Origin: Mytilus californianus
Taxonomy: Eukaryota
Direction: 5' to 3'
Length of the DNA stretch: 64,000 bases
NCBI RefSeq assembly: GCF_021869535.1
Contig: NW_026262581.1
Location: 16,058,001-16,122,000, forward strand
Below the pieces are notes generated by a model. It had not been told where the DNA came from, ran no database searches, and was given only the letters and a program-made list of their open reading frames with translations. Below, piece after piece: positions 49,456 through 62,664 of the stretch; positions within the stretch are counted from its first letter, which is position 1, and each line of letters begins with the position of its first letter. Both the position numbers and the translations under genes were made by a program.

Positions 49456-52400
49456 ACACAATTTTCATCCTGGTATCTATCATGAGTTTATTGACTACCA
49501 TTATTAATGTATCATGTATAATACATTGATGATCGTCTAAATTTGGATAGGCGATTTTTTTTTACGTCGGCAATAATAAAATTCCTCGGTTATACATGTT
49601 ATAGGCATAACTTGCAATTTCCTCAATTGCACCATTAATACAAAGTAAGAACTCGATCAACCGATGACAGTGATGCTGGCCGTCGTTGACGGACTTACGA
49701 CTTTATGTCCTCCGCCCAATATTCTGGTACGAAGTCATCATATGAGAAACGACATTTGAATAACATTTGTTTTCAATTAATTAACTTGAGATTTTCTTCG
49801 TTTAGATTTTTTTTCTTGCCTTCGTCATACTTGTGAGCAGAACGAAATATCATGTATATACAAGTATGAATAAATAGCAACTCGGAAAAGTTGAATGGGA
49901 TTTTATTCGTAATCAAAAACAGTAACAACGGGAATAGTTAAACTATCTACTAATATTCCAATATTGGTATTTGGAATATTGGAAAAGAAAGGAAAAATCA
50001 TGCAACCAGTGTACTCTCAAAACGCTATAAATGACTTTGTTTTTGATAAACCTACCTGAATTTTGACTTAATCTAGGATTGTGTTACCTTTCAAATATTG
50101 GAAGGTAAAGTTCGTTTACATCGCTGCCAAAATATAATCAACGTTGATTTGGAATACTTAATTTTGAATTTTATTAATTTTGATTAATGATACGATCATA
50201 TGTAATGGTAAGTCTGCATTTTTAAGGACATTCTATAGAATGCATAATACAATAGTAAAAATTGACTGAATTAAAGATTTGTAAAAATAATGAAATACAT
50301 ATTTTAATCATTGAAAATAAATTGAGGAAAGCATATTTATTGGATTATTTTTTTTCAAGAAAGGGTAACCGAATAACACATTTATTCACAAATCTATGTA
50401 GGGCCTGAGTGAACTATAAGTTTTATTCAGTCACGAGAATACCATTTCATAGTATAACTTTTAGAAATGTTCTTAACCCAACTCAAGAGAGGGGTATCAA
50501 AACAAAGGCATTTATAACAAATAAATAAATTCTTTCATAATACATACATACTTACACTCAAACATGAATTTGTATCTATAACATAACAAAACACTGCACA
50601 GCATTGAAATTATGGGATGTCTTGTTTAACATGAAATCACAGCTTTTCAAATAATATAAAAACAACATTCATAAAATTGAGCCAACTTATTGACAAGGAA
50701 TAAAAATACTCATGGTTGTTCAATTGCTACACATGGGTTATAATTGTATGTCACACAATAAATGCACACGTCGTGTTTTACTCTCACAGACATACCATTA
50801 TTGCAAAGTATTGTTGACAAACATAGCAAATGGTGTCAACATTTCTAATATAGATAAATATATTACATATGGAATAATTAAACAAATTAACTGTTATTTG
50901 TACAATAAAAAAAATATGGTTCTACATGCAGTATTTGCTCATTCACATAACAGATTTGTTCTGTTGCATGGATTGCCAAGTCTGGTTCTTAAACTTGATA
51001 TTTACCCAAAAGGCACAATAAACCATGAATTAAACTAGCAGTTTTGGCAATCAACATTTCAGTAACTTATACTTTAGACATAGCTGATGTACTTAGAGAG
51101 CGGTCAAGGCAGCAATTGTATTTATTCTTAATCAGCTTAATCAGCTTTTTGTAGTTTATACAAACAATTATACTTTGACGGTTAGACTTAGGTTAAAATG
51201 AGATAAATCTGTAAATCACTACTGCGTTTGCAATAGTCTATTTCACCAACGTGTTTTAACTCACTCACGTGAAACGGCAATTAAAATATCGGTGTTACTT
51301 AGAAGTTTATAATATATTAATAAAAATTGTTGACACAAACGTATTATTGATTTTAAAGAGTTGTTTCTCTTTACCTATGTAAACCTCCTTAGCGTAGCCA
51401 GAACACATTACAACAGACTATTATTGCAAGGAATTGCCATCATTTATATAATCCATAAAACTGACTTTTTCATATATACATATATATATATATATTGCTG
51501 CTATAAAATACTGTTGCCGAAATTTTAGAATAGAACATAAGTAATGATTTTACTTATATTCAAATATTCTGGGCTTATAAGGGTCACGTGGTGTATTATG
51601 AAACAGACTTTTAAACCACTGTACAACTACAAGTTAACTATCTCTACAAGTAAATTCTAACCTAAAACAATTTTGATTGAGCTTATCACAAACAAGGAGA
51701 ATAAATAAAACGTCAATGCAAAATCGCTTATTAGTCATCGCATGAACCACATTTAAATATACTATCTAAGATTATTTCTAAACATCTGTGTAACTCTTTT
51801 AGAATAATCTGGACATGGCAGATATCTTTGTCGAAATTTCTTTTAAAAAACAAACCAGTAATAGCTAACTAGATCAAACAATGCGCCTAAGTTCATTAGT
51901 CAATGCAACATCATATTATGTTTATGCGCTATTTTAGAAGTTCTGTAAAATATGAAAAATCCAAAAAAGTTTTTTTTTTTTATTTAGGAAGTCTTCGATA
52001 TCGATCTGTTATAAAAACACTTCTTTCGAAAACAATATTCATAATTATCATTACCATTAAGAGGAGTCGTTTTGGTAGTAGTATTTTTTTTCTAATTGAC
52101 AAACTATTCTATGTACACATACCTTTACTTAAAGAAACACAATTTCAATACCTATAATTGGCACCCACTCTTTAAGTGATAATTGATACAGGGTAGAATG
52201 TTAAAGAAGGTCGCTCAATTTTACCCAATGTTGTGAATTGAAACACTGATTCTGACCTTTTCAACGGTATCTGATGCTAACCACTGGAAAAAGGTATTTA
52301 AACAGCACTATTTCAAATTACAATGTATATAATTATATTAAACTTCTATTATAAAAACAGTCTCATATTGCTTTAATGATAATTACAAAAATAAATCAAA

Positions 52401-55400
52401 ATCATCTCATATCTAATAAGGACAAGCAATATATATGCAAGAAATATTCAGTTATGGGAAAGTATTTTGGCGTTCATGTGGATGATTGTGTTTTCATCAT
52501 CTATATTTTTATTAAATAAATCTATCCTTACATTCACTATTTGAATCAGCTGTTTAGACTATGAAAATATCCTTGTTGAAAAGACTATGGTTATTAAATG
52601 CCAGATTGAATCTTAATCAGCCAATTTAAAAGAATTTCAAAACATGACCGAAAAAAAAATACCCTCCTAACCATTCTATTATGAAGTTACTTTCATACTG
52701 AGTTAGAATGGTAGGTCTTTTTTCGTTTCTGCGTGCCTGATAATTTTAGAAATCTCTAGATAAAGTTTGGTTAGAATGATAGCAAATTACGGAATTAGCT
52801 CCTCTTAATTGTCAATTTCTAGTGCATTTCAACCAAATTATATCTTGAAATACAAGAAAAATAAAAGGAAACGAATGTTATATTCGTGCACCATTATCCA
52901 ATTTGAACACACGTTAATGTAAACTTGAGTGGGTTTTTGTTTGTCACCACTGCCTGATTCTTATAAAACAAAATAGAGTTTAAGCATATTACGATGGAAA
53001 ATTCGATAAAGAATCACATCCTAGTTCTTTTTGCCATATTTAACTTCATTTGAAAAAAACTACCTGACAAAATATCTAAAAATATCAAAATGTCTAGAGA
53101 TATTCGAAAATTGAAATATTATACAAAGACTATTTTTTCAATCCCCCTCAGGCAAGTTGTCTGGGCTATATTAAGGTATTAGATAGCCCTATGTTATAAT
53201 GTTGACAGACGTGTCTGTACTAAGGGTTCCAGAGCATGCCAGGTGAAGGTCATTCTGTCAACACATGTCGTGTTTTCTGAAATAGGAATCATTGATTAAT
53301 ATTACATAGATATTCCAAACAAAATTGATTTCCCCTTAAATTTGATACCTTCACTTGACATTTGAATACTATACACGATACAGGTTTCTACGGAAGGCCG
53401 TACTTTGACCTATAATTGTTAACTTTTTATACATAGTGACTTGGATGGAGAGTTGTCTCATTGGCACTCATACCACATCTTCTTACTTATATATTCTATT
53501 ATGAATATACTACGTTCAAGGGGCAGACTATTCAAATCATAATGCAATGATCAGACATGATTGCAAATTATGTTTTTCATATCGATACAAATATATTAAT
53601 AAAATATTAGCCTCGTTAATGTTTAAGTAATCAAGAAGTCTGTATGGGACATCACTCGGATTGTGTGGGAAGGTTCTAAAATCAAGAGAATATACATCAA
53701 TTGGAATTTTCAAATCAAAACATGACGAATGAACTAAAGTTCAGAACAATTTCTTCTTCTCTCATAGTCATATGTCGTATACAGTTAAAGGGAATCAGAT
53801 ATATTATATATTGACAACACTTTTAATGAAATCAAGAACAGATTTCTTACTTTGATTACAGAAATCTACCCCGAACGAAATACGATTTTATTTTCAGCCT
53901 AACAGTATCTATCGCAAATTCTTCTTTCAGTATACATACATATCCTTAATAAGAACAGCACATATTATAATTCATTGTGTAAATCAGGTTATATACAAAC
54001 AAAAAGAAGCTAAACGTTATTCTAGGACATTTCCCTTTAATTGCAGTGAATTTATAAACGACTAGACATTCGCCTGGTGGTCAGATCTGGTTTTCAAAAA
54101 TTGTAATAGTATTAACCTGTAGTCATATGTTAAAGATTCAATATTTTACACATAGTTCTGTCGCATACTGGCAATCTGTTAAACCAATTACTGATTTGAT
54201 TGCTAGTGTCTTGGAGACAAATCAATAATTTCTTCACTACAGTCTGAATATCTTAAAATATACACAACTGGGTGCAAATGATCAATTTTTCCGAAATTTT
54301 CCACTAAAACGCAAATATCTACAGAGCTTTTGTCAATTATTACAATAAAAAAAGATGACAAAAATAACTATAAAATATATATATTTATAGTCTAATGTTT
54401 ATAACAATTGAAAATATTAACCGCAATGGCCTGTTTTGCTAAAGAGTAAAAAACAGAAATTGAATTTATCAATAAGTTAAATTAGCCATTTATTTCTGTT
54501 TGTAGTCAGTGGAGTATAAGAGGGTATATGAAGAAAGCTTCTGGCTCTTGACGGGGCGTTACAAGCAATAACTGATGAATAAATATATAATTTAGATGTT
54601 AAAAAGACAAAGCACCAAGAAAAGGGAAAATTTAATGCTACCATGAGGGAACACCGTTATATCCGTATGGGAAATTTGTTTTCGAAAGATATTTTATATG
54701 CGGTTTATATTTGGAAAAAAATCCCATCAGAAAACAGGAGAAGCAGTCAATGTAAAAAGTTAGTGTGATCATATTTAAACTTCTACATCGTACATAAATA
54801 ATCCTTTAACCGTGTTGCTATCATGCTACTTTTTTGTCAGAGTTGCAGTTTGTCTTTTGGCACGTTAATTATGTATACACAAAGCACTTTTATAATAATG
54901 TAAATGTCATTCAATCATTATTACAGTCACACACAATGAACCTTTTAGTAAACATTCAAACCCTTGATAAGTGCAATATATGCGTAAATAGGTAAAATGG
55001 TGCACGCGATTCTTGTAAAAAAAAAAGAACAACACATCTTATATATATGTATAAACTTTGAGAAAGGTGTCGAACAAATCAATGTCAGATATACCTTTTT
55101 TACCTACAAAAATGTAGTGTTTTTATGTAATTCATGATATTGTTTTGCAGACAATTAAACAATTCTAACTTTCATCTATCTAAGAAATGGCTCTACTCTT
55201 TACAATATGTAAACATTTCTGTCCTTCTGTTTTGAATATATTAAGTATGATCAATCTGTTTCTGATTGTCTTTTCAATTTCTGGTCTGACATCCGCATAA
55301 CATATAAGTGATTGGAAATTCAGAGAACTGAAGTCGTTTTAATTCTATAGTGTGTATAGTGTATATGAATAGATGTCGGGTATATGTCAAATTAACATCA

Positions 55401-56417
55401 ACACTTAAAACCAATAACACCAAAAGAGACATTTAGAGAGTAATTATTATAATTTTAAAATAAACTTTATCGATTGAAGGCTAAAATAGGACAGCACTAT
55501 TGCAATAGTTGTAAATAGACAAGGCAAAGATTAGACCCTCATAAATGAGTCAGAAGGAAATAATTTCCAACATTTTACCAAAAATTTAGCTTCATCTAAA
55601 TCTTAATAATTTCCGAAATGTGGATCCGTTTGCATTAGGATATTTATTTTGATACAAAAATTGAATTTACAAATGATTCTAATTACACTACAAAATCTTT
55701 ATAATGAAAGTAGCAAGCGTTGCAAAATGTTTAACAACGTACAGAAATAATGAACGTATGTACTGTACAGTGATATTGTTTTGATTGGATTGTTTTGGAC
55801 AAATATGGTACAATGGATATGAAAAATCTAAATAACAATTATATAAAAATGTACATTATAATGAACTTCATATATTCCACATCTAACTTTGTGCTTCCAT
55901 CCTTCATATACAAACGCTAACCATTTACGTAGAATATGTGAGCAGGAAAATTTCTATGGTATGAAAATGTAAAAAAAAGTATTGTAAATATCATACATAA
56001 TTATTAAATGAATAGGTGTCACTTTTTTCCAACCAAGGAAAAACACCAGGTTTTTGTTTGACCATTCAAAGTGAAACATTCCGATTTAGGCCATCAATTT
56101 CGTTATCACTTTCATTGGGATTGTGCACAAATGGAGGTTCAAACACATCATTCATGATTAAAACGTGGATATTATCTTTCAATTTACCAACAATTGTATT
56201 TATTGTGTTTGGTTTTAAAACATTATCCTCCAGTTTTGATTGTTCTATCGGTATTCTACTAACTTCTGAATAGAAAATACTTTTCCTGGTCTTGACAACA
56301 TCTCGACATAATTTCAGCCATTCAAAACTATTTGAAATAATTCTTCTGTATCACATTCAATCGATAAAATCACAGACTATGAGCAAAACGGTTTCATTCT
56401 CATACTAACACTTCTCA

Positions 56418-59400
56418 TCATAACGTTGAGATTCTTACACTTTCCGGGTTATGAGCTTGCGTCTGCGTATATGAAGGTGGTTGCACCATTGGCCCGCTTG
56501 TGCCTTGTGTCTCCATTTCCGGCGTTGTGCTTGGAGTTGGTAGATTTACTATTGCAGTTGTAACAGTAAGGTTATTTGATTTACTATTGTTTACATTACC
56601 AACTGCATTTAGACTGGAACGAGACGACCGGTTTGTAGTTGGTATTCTAACTTGAATATCATTTAACTCCTCGTGTTCTGAATCATTATGGTGTCTCTAC
56701 AATTTAAAGAATACAGTGGAAATTATTATTTGGACGACAGGAAAGAATACAGTTCAACGTTTATATTATATGTTAAAAGAGGGAATTGAAACTCATCAAA
56801 TTAATTCAGGATTTATAGTATGAAAAACGTTATGGTCATTTTATGGTTCGTGTTGCTTATTCTATATCTTTCTATGTAATCATTGTAGACTATTGTTTGT
56901 TTTTTGGTCATTTTCGTTTTTTTCGCCTGGGCTTTGTTGGTTTATCTTCGCGATCGATTTATGCATTTCGAGTGTCCCCTTTGTAACTTCTACTTCTTTT
57001 TTGGTACTTTACTTTTGTCAGCGAGATATGAAAATAGTGCTTTTACACTTAAAAGACTTTTATTTATCTAAATATATTTCTATAAGCTTTAAGCCCTTTA
57101 ATCGTTACCTATAGGTAAAAGCATAAAATAATACCATCTCAACTGTGATTTGATAGTAAGAACAAAATCACTGGGTTAAAAAGACAGTATATCACACCCT
57201 TTTCCAACCTAAGTATCAAAATTGTGTGAAACTGCACTTCCGTCCGAAATATAATGACACTAAACTATTTTAATACATATAGTTTTTTTAAGGTTCAGAT
57301 GAAATCATGCATAAAATCTATCTACCGTACCGGATGTTATTAGAAAGAAGTAGTGCAGTAAGGGACCAAATTGTCCCCTTTCGTATTGTTAACTATTTCA
57401 ACTTGTAAAATGTGTCAGATCGAACGTCCTATTTTACAAAGCATGGACATTCTCTCCCCAAAAAAGGCCAAAAGTAGAGATTTTATTGAAAGTCGATAAC
57501 TTCCAACCATATTTAGGACAAGGATTCAACAACATAAACTTTAGAGTTAGACAAGCTATTTGTTATAACAAACATAATGCTTAATTAACGGTCTCAATTT
57601 TACTGCACCAGATGCGTATTAAAAGATCTATTAGTAGACGGATACGCGCTATGTTTCAGGCCCTAGCACAAAAATAATTTGTTCATGTTCTTATTGAATA
57701 AGATACAACAGTAATTTATCGATGTTCACCTTATAAATCAATTACGTATCTGCAAATCAAGACAAAAACACAAAATCTGAGGGAATCGCATGACCTCCAA
57801 ACGGATCGTGACCAGGTACATCAAACGGGTAAGCGTTTCCAGCTTTGCATGTTCATTACACACCATGCGATGTGAAATTCAAATAGATATAAGAAGATGT
57901 GGTATGAGTGCCAATGAGACAACTCTCCATCCAAGTGCATGCAAAACTTGACGTCATAATAGAAACGCTATCATACATTTTACATATCATATACCGGTAC
58001 TTGTTTTAACCATGATATATTGTGATTATGGCGTTTAATCCTGATTTAAAGTTTGAGCCACTATTGGATCTTATCGAACCTACTCATTTGAAATAAAACC
58101 AATTAAGCAGTAGTCCTGGAAATTTCAGGGTAGGTCTTAAGGCCCAGTAAAACTGAATCATCATTGCAACTTCCAACCATGAACCTAAACTTTTTATTCA
58201 TAATCAATGGATTTAAAACTTTGGTTGACGGTATCAGAAATATACAGTCAAAAAGGTGCTTTGGAATAATTTAGTCTTATTTAAATTGTTATAGTTATTT
58301 TTCAGAAAACGATATGTTTAACGTGCATTTCCTGCAATTCGTGAGAAATTAACAACTTTGTTCACGTAGAGGCTATTTTATTACAAGAGGACTAATCGTA
58401 TACAAATTATAAATCCAACTATCATTTCAACTTTTCTTTTAACGTAGGTTCTAATTGAACAAATCAACATTTGACTAATATGTTTTAAAGTTTTAAAACC
58501 ACAATTGTCAAAATGAAAATCTTGAGAATGAATCAGACCAATCTTTGTAACTGTTCACGAAACTTTGATTTTTTTTCGAAATACTTAGGATTTTTTACCC
58601 CAGGAATAGATTACCTTAGCTGTATTTGGCCAATTTTCCCGGTATTTTGGGTCCTCATTGCTCTTCAACTGGAACTTTATTTGACCTTCTTAACTTTTTT
58701 TATTGGAGTGTCACTGATACAAAGTTTTAATCTTGGTATCTATGATTAGTTTATTTGTTCCAATCAACTCCGTGATTTCATAAAAGAGTGACTTTTTAGC
58801 AAAGTTAATTTGGACAATAAAGAAATTGTTAAATTACTGTTGTACATAGTTAAGTTTATATTACCTAGTAAGCATAGTGAATAAATCTATTATTTCGAAA
58901 CACATATAACTTCATTTTATATATACGGAAAATTTAGGAAGCCTTTGATTTTTTTTTACTTGAATTCGTGTGATCTCTTAAGTTTGTAACTTTTTTATAA
59001 TGTACATTTATTTATTAAAACCTCTCAAGACTACAAAATAATCTTACTGCATCGGATGAGCATATTTATTCAGTGATGATCAGGTAAGGAATAACCATCA
59101 GTTGGTGGATTATACCTCAATTCAGGTATAATCCACCATTTGATATATAGTGAGATAGACCAATTGAGGTATAATGCAGTTTTCATCACAAATTTTTTTC
59201 AATAGACATTCGAGCATCTTTTTGCATATACCATCTTCAGCTTTGGTGAGTTCTAATTGATGACATGTAATTGTTTCCAACTTCCTTTGCTGCCTTTTGA
59301 TGGATATTCATGATTGGTGTCCTTAAGTCTGCATCAGTTCTAACTATATGATTTGTTAGTCAAAATGGATAGGAAGTGACTACAGAACAAAAATGAGATT

Positions 59401-62400
59401 TATTAGATGAAAACTCAGAATTAAAAAGTCGGAAAAGGAGGGTCATATTAGTTTTTAGGGTTCTCTAACAAATTGCGGCACGAAGTGTTAGTATCAATTA
59501 CATGTCATCACTAAGTGGTCATCAAAGCTTGTTATGGTAAATGCAAAAGGATGCTCCAATATCTCTTAAATTTTTTGGGGGATAAAAACTGCATTATACC
59601 TCAATTGGTGTATCTCATTATATGTCAAATGGTGGATAACACCTGAATTATACCTGAGGTATAATCCACCAATTAATGGTTATTCCTGACCTGATGATCG
59701 AGGTCCAAATACTTCACAATCCAAAACTTATTAAACAAATGATGGCCTTATAAACCAAAAAGGACAATAGTATATTCAAAGAAGAATGAGGATTTTTTTG
59801 CATTATCAATAAACAAGATTTGCATCTTGCTGGATATAATGCTATCGTTTTTAGCTTTGTAAATTTAGTTTTAAAACTTTTAGTTGTATGGTTTCTTTTG
59901 TTTTATAATTATCAAACTTTAAAAATATAAAAAAAATTAAAAACCTTCGCTTCAAGGACACACATTATTACTTTTCTTTTCGAGTTCATACCACTGAAGT
60001 TTTAGCACTTACTTTTAGTTTTATCTCTTTTTTTTCTTGATCACATAAGTGTATTTAAATATCCTATATTTTATATGGATTGTTCTTTTTGAAAATTCTG
60101 TTTGATGTAACAGTCAATTCTATATTATCTCCCCTTGTCCTTAATAAGATTAAAAAACGACTCCTCCGCACTTAATATTACGACAGTAAATTAATTGTCA
60201 AAGGTATGTAGCACTTCTTAGGTTAGATGGTAATGTTCCATATGCAGAACCGATCAAGTTTACCAAGTATTTTTAAACAACATATTAAAGGATATCGACT
60301 ATAAGTAATATCCAGATATCCCCGCGCCAAAATAGACATTGTGCAATTAAGAATTACTTCAATTTATGCATTTTGCTACCTGCACTTATGATTTGATGAG
60401 TGTTGCTCTAGTAACAAGTGTCCTGTGCATTGGTACATGAATCATGCTTTATTTTGTTTGTTAAGTATGTAATGCAAAATCTTTATAGTGCAATACAGCT
60501 TTAGCAATAACAGTTAATTAATGTTTATTTGTGGTAAAGTATTGATTGATATATACTCAAACAATTTGCTAACATGTAGTAAAAAAAGTAATGATTTATG
60601 TAAAATTGTAGAACTCATGTGCAAAATGTCATAAACATATGTTCAAATATTGCATGATAATTAAGATAATTATTGCATATAAGTAAAGAACAGAAGTTGA
60701 TGCGCATGCGTGAATAAAGCATTCAAGAACATAGTCAGAAAACAATCAAATGTGTGTCAATTAAAACTTTGACAAAAAGCAACTTGTGACTATTACCAAA
60801 AAGGTGTACAAAAATATACAACAAATCATACCCAAACATACACAGAAAACGCCAACATCTGACGAGTAAAACCATTCTCAAAAGTGATGCTAAAAGCAAG
60901 AAAAAAAAGCAAACTAACGAAAGAGAACCCAAGGACCAAATGGGAATACACATTACCTTACCTTACTGATAAAAAATCTTCGATGTGTGATGAACCTACG
61001 GGCACAACAGCCCGTTGAACGCCTCCTCTCCAGGGAAACAAGGGAGGGGTCCGGGGAGGGAGGGGGAGTCTCCGAGGGATTATTGAGAGCTCCGTTAAAA
61101 GCCATGTCCAATTCAACAAATGCACGATCCTACAAAAAGTTATCCCACTATACATTATGATGGAATAAAGTTTTGCAATCTGATCATAGCCGGTCTTTCC
61201 CGTCTTACGCTATCTATATCATAATTACGGGAAAAGTCGAATATGTCACGATTGCAAAGTTCAAATCTTTGTCTGTTAATGTTTGTCCAACAGCATTTGA
61301 ATATTTTTATAAACTTGATATTTACACTTTACATAAATGATTGGCAAACATCAGTGATTCGGTTTTTGTTTAATTTTAGAATTATAACTAACATATGCAC
61401 GTTAAGTTGTCTCATTTTTCTCCTAATTAGCAGGAGTCTAAATGCGTATTCCAGATTCACTTTTACGTAAATTAGAAAAATTGGAAGTTTTAAAAATTGT
61501 GCTTTGGTAATTATGCGTGCTTCAATGACTTGCTTGTTGATAATTTTATCTAATCTATACAAGAAAAAGCATAAATATAAATTTCAGCCATGATGTGAAC
61601 ATTTACCATAGTATTTGTTTTCCGTTTACAATCTTGTATTTGTTTGATCTGTAAATTGAAATTTTGCTTTAATGACATATAAACAAAACTTATGCATGTG
61701 CAGATAAAAGTTAAAAGGAAAACCTTTATTTCAAATCAAACTTTGTATGTGTTTTGACATGCTTTAGTGAATATCACATGAAGGAGAATTGAAAAATGTA
61801 AAAATTATATTTATATGACTCCTTTGCAGTTTAAATTTTATCCTGTAATTTAACCATCTCCTAAAAACGATTTTCTAAGACAATATGGCAGACAATTTGA
61901 ATGAAAATGTTTTCATTTATTCCTTCCGTAAATATGATTCCTAAACAAGAACAAAAGAATACTATTATCTGCCGGGATAAAAATGTGACACCTAGAGTAT
62001 TATAATGAATGCATTTTTAAAAAATATTTGCACTTAGTTTACAAAATTTTTGCAATATAATATATGCTTTTTAACCAAATTTTTGCATTATATATATATA
62101 TATATATATATTTCATTTGCTATATTACAAATACTATATTTATCAAAACCTATACAATTAACGAGTGTGTTTTGTTCATCTTTTTGCTTATATTGAAATA
62201 TATGCGTCTCAATTGAAATGACTATATAAGAAACAAGAAGGGCATATTTTTCTACCACCACCATACATATAACAGGGATGAATAATATTGACATCAATGT
62301 AAAATTATTTATTGCAGGAAAAAAGTATAAAGACTCAGATGCAGGTATTAGCTAAATGCAATAAGTATGAAAATTCTATATATTGGTATTTTTTTCTGAA

Positions 62401-62664
62401 AGCAGAAGTTATATTTTGCAATCGATTATGTTCATGCAAAACACATTAGAAATTGTACATACAAAAACAAACAAAACTTACCGTTGTTTTCTCTAAACAG
62501 CTGAGTAGATGATGATGTTGCATTTCTAAGAAATTTTCTTGACAATCGTCTAGTTCTATACCACTCTCTTTAGCCCGTAATCTTTCTTCTGCTCGTTTCT
62601 TACTACTAATAAAGGCAGCCCCACTAGCATTTTTAGCCATTCTTATACGTGCTAATCTGGCTTT
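56418..62664 (-). CDS. KCND: Shal/Kv4 voltage-gated potassium channel, cytoplasmic C-terminal exons 62664-62482, 61129-60962 and 56696-56418; upstream exons lie beyond the window end
   Basis: Joined translation: KARLARIRMAKNASGAAFISSKKRAEERLRAKESGIELDDCQENFLEMQHHHLLSCLEKTT|DRAFVELDMAFNGALNNPSETPPPSPDPSLVSLERRRSTGCCARRFITHRRFFISK|RHHNDSEHEELNDIQVRIPTTNRSSRSSLNAVG...TVTTAIVNLPTPSTTPE...ESVRISTL*. RLARIR, QHHHLLxCLEKTT, SRSSLNA, VTTAI..PTP..TPE and VRxSxL are Kv4 hallmarks. All boundaries are GT-AG in phase 0. Confidence 0.93.
59081..59693. mobile_element. 613-bp MITE with ~107-113-bp imperfect TIRs and a 5-bp TSD, in a Kv4 intron
   Basis: 59081-59187 aligns to the reverse complement of 59581-59693 (caggtaaggaataacc... 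/ ...ggttattcctgacctg). ATGAT flanks both ends (59076-59080, 59694-59698). Confidence 0.8.
62086..62111. repeat. (TA)n microsatellite (another at ~51477-51495)
   Basis: Read directly from the sequence. Confidence 0.9.

Noticed and set aside
53785-54042. Small TTAA-flanked element
   Set aside because: The putative TIRs match over only a few bases.
1937-62297. Most ORFs in the six-frame track as independent genes
   Set aside because: They are short, low-complexity and AT-biased, or overlap repeats. Several (1937, 6425, 22444, 28583, 29931, 31682, 60958, 62446) only overlap true exons, often in the wrong frame.
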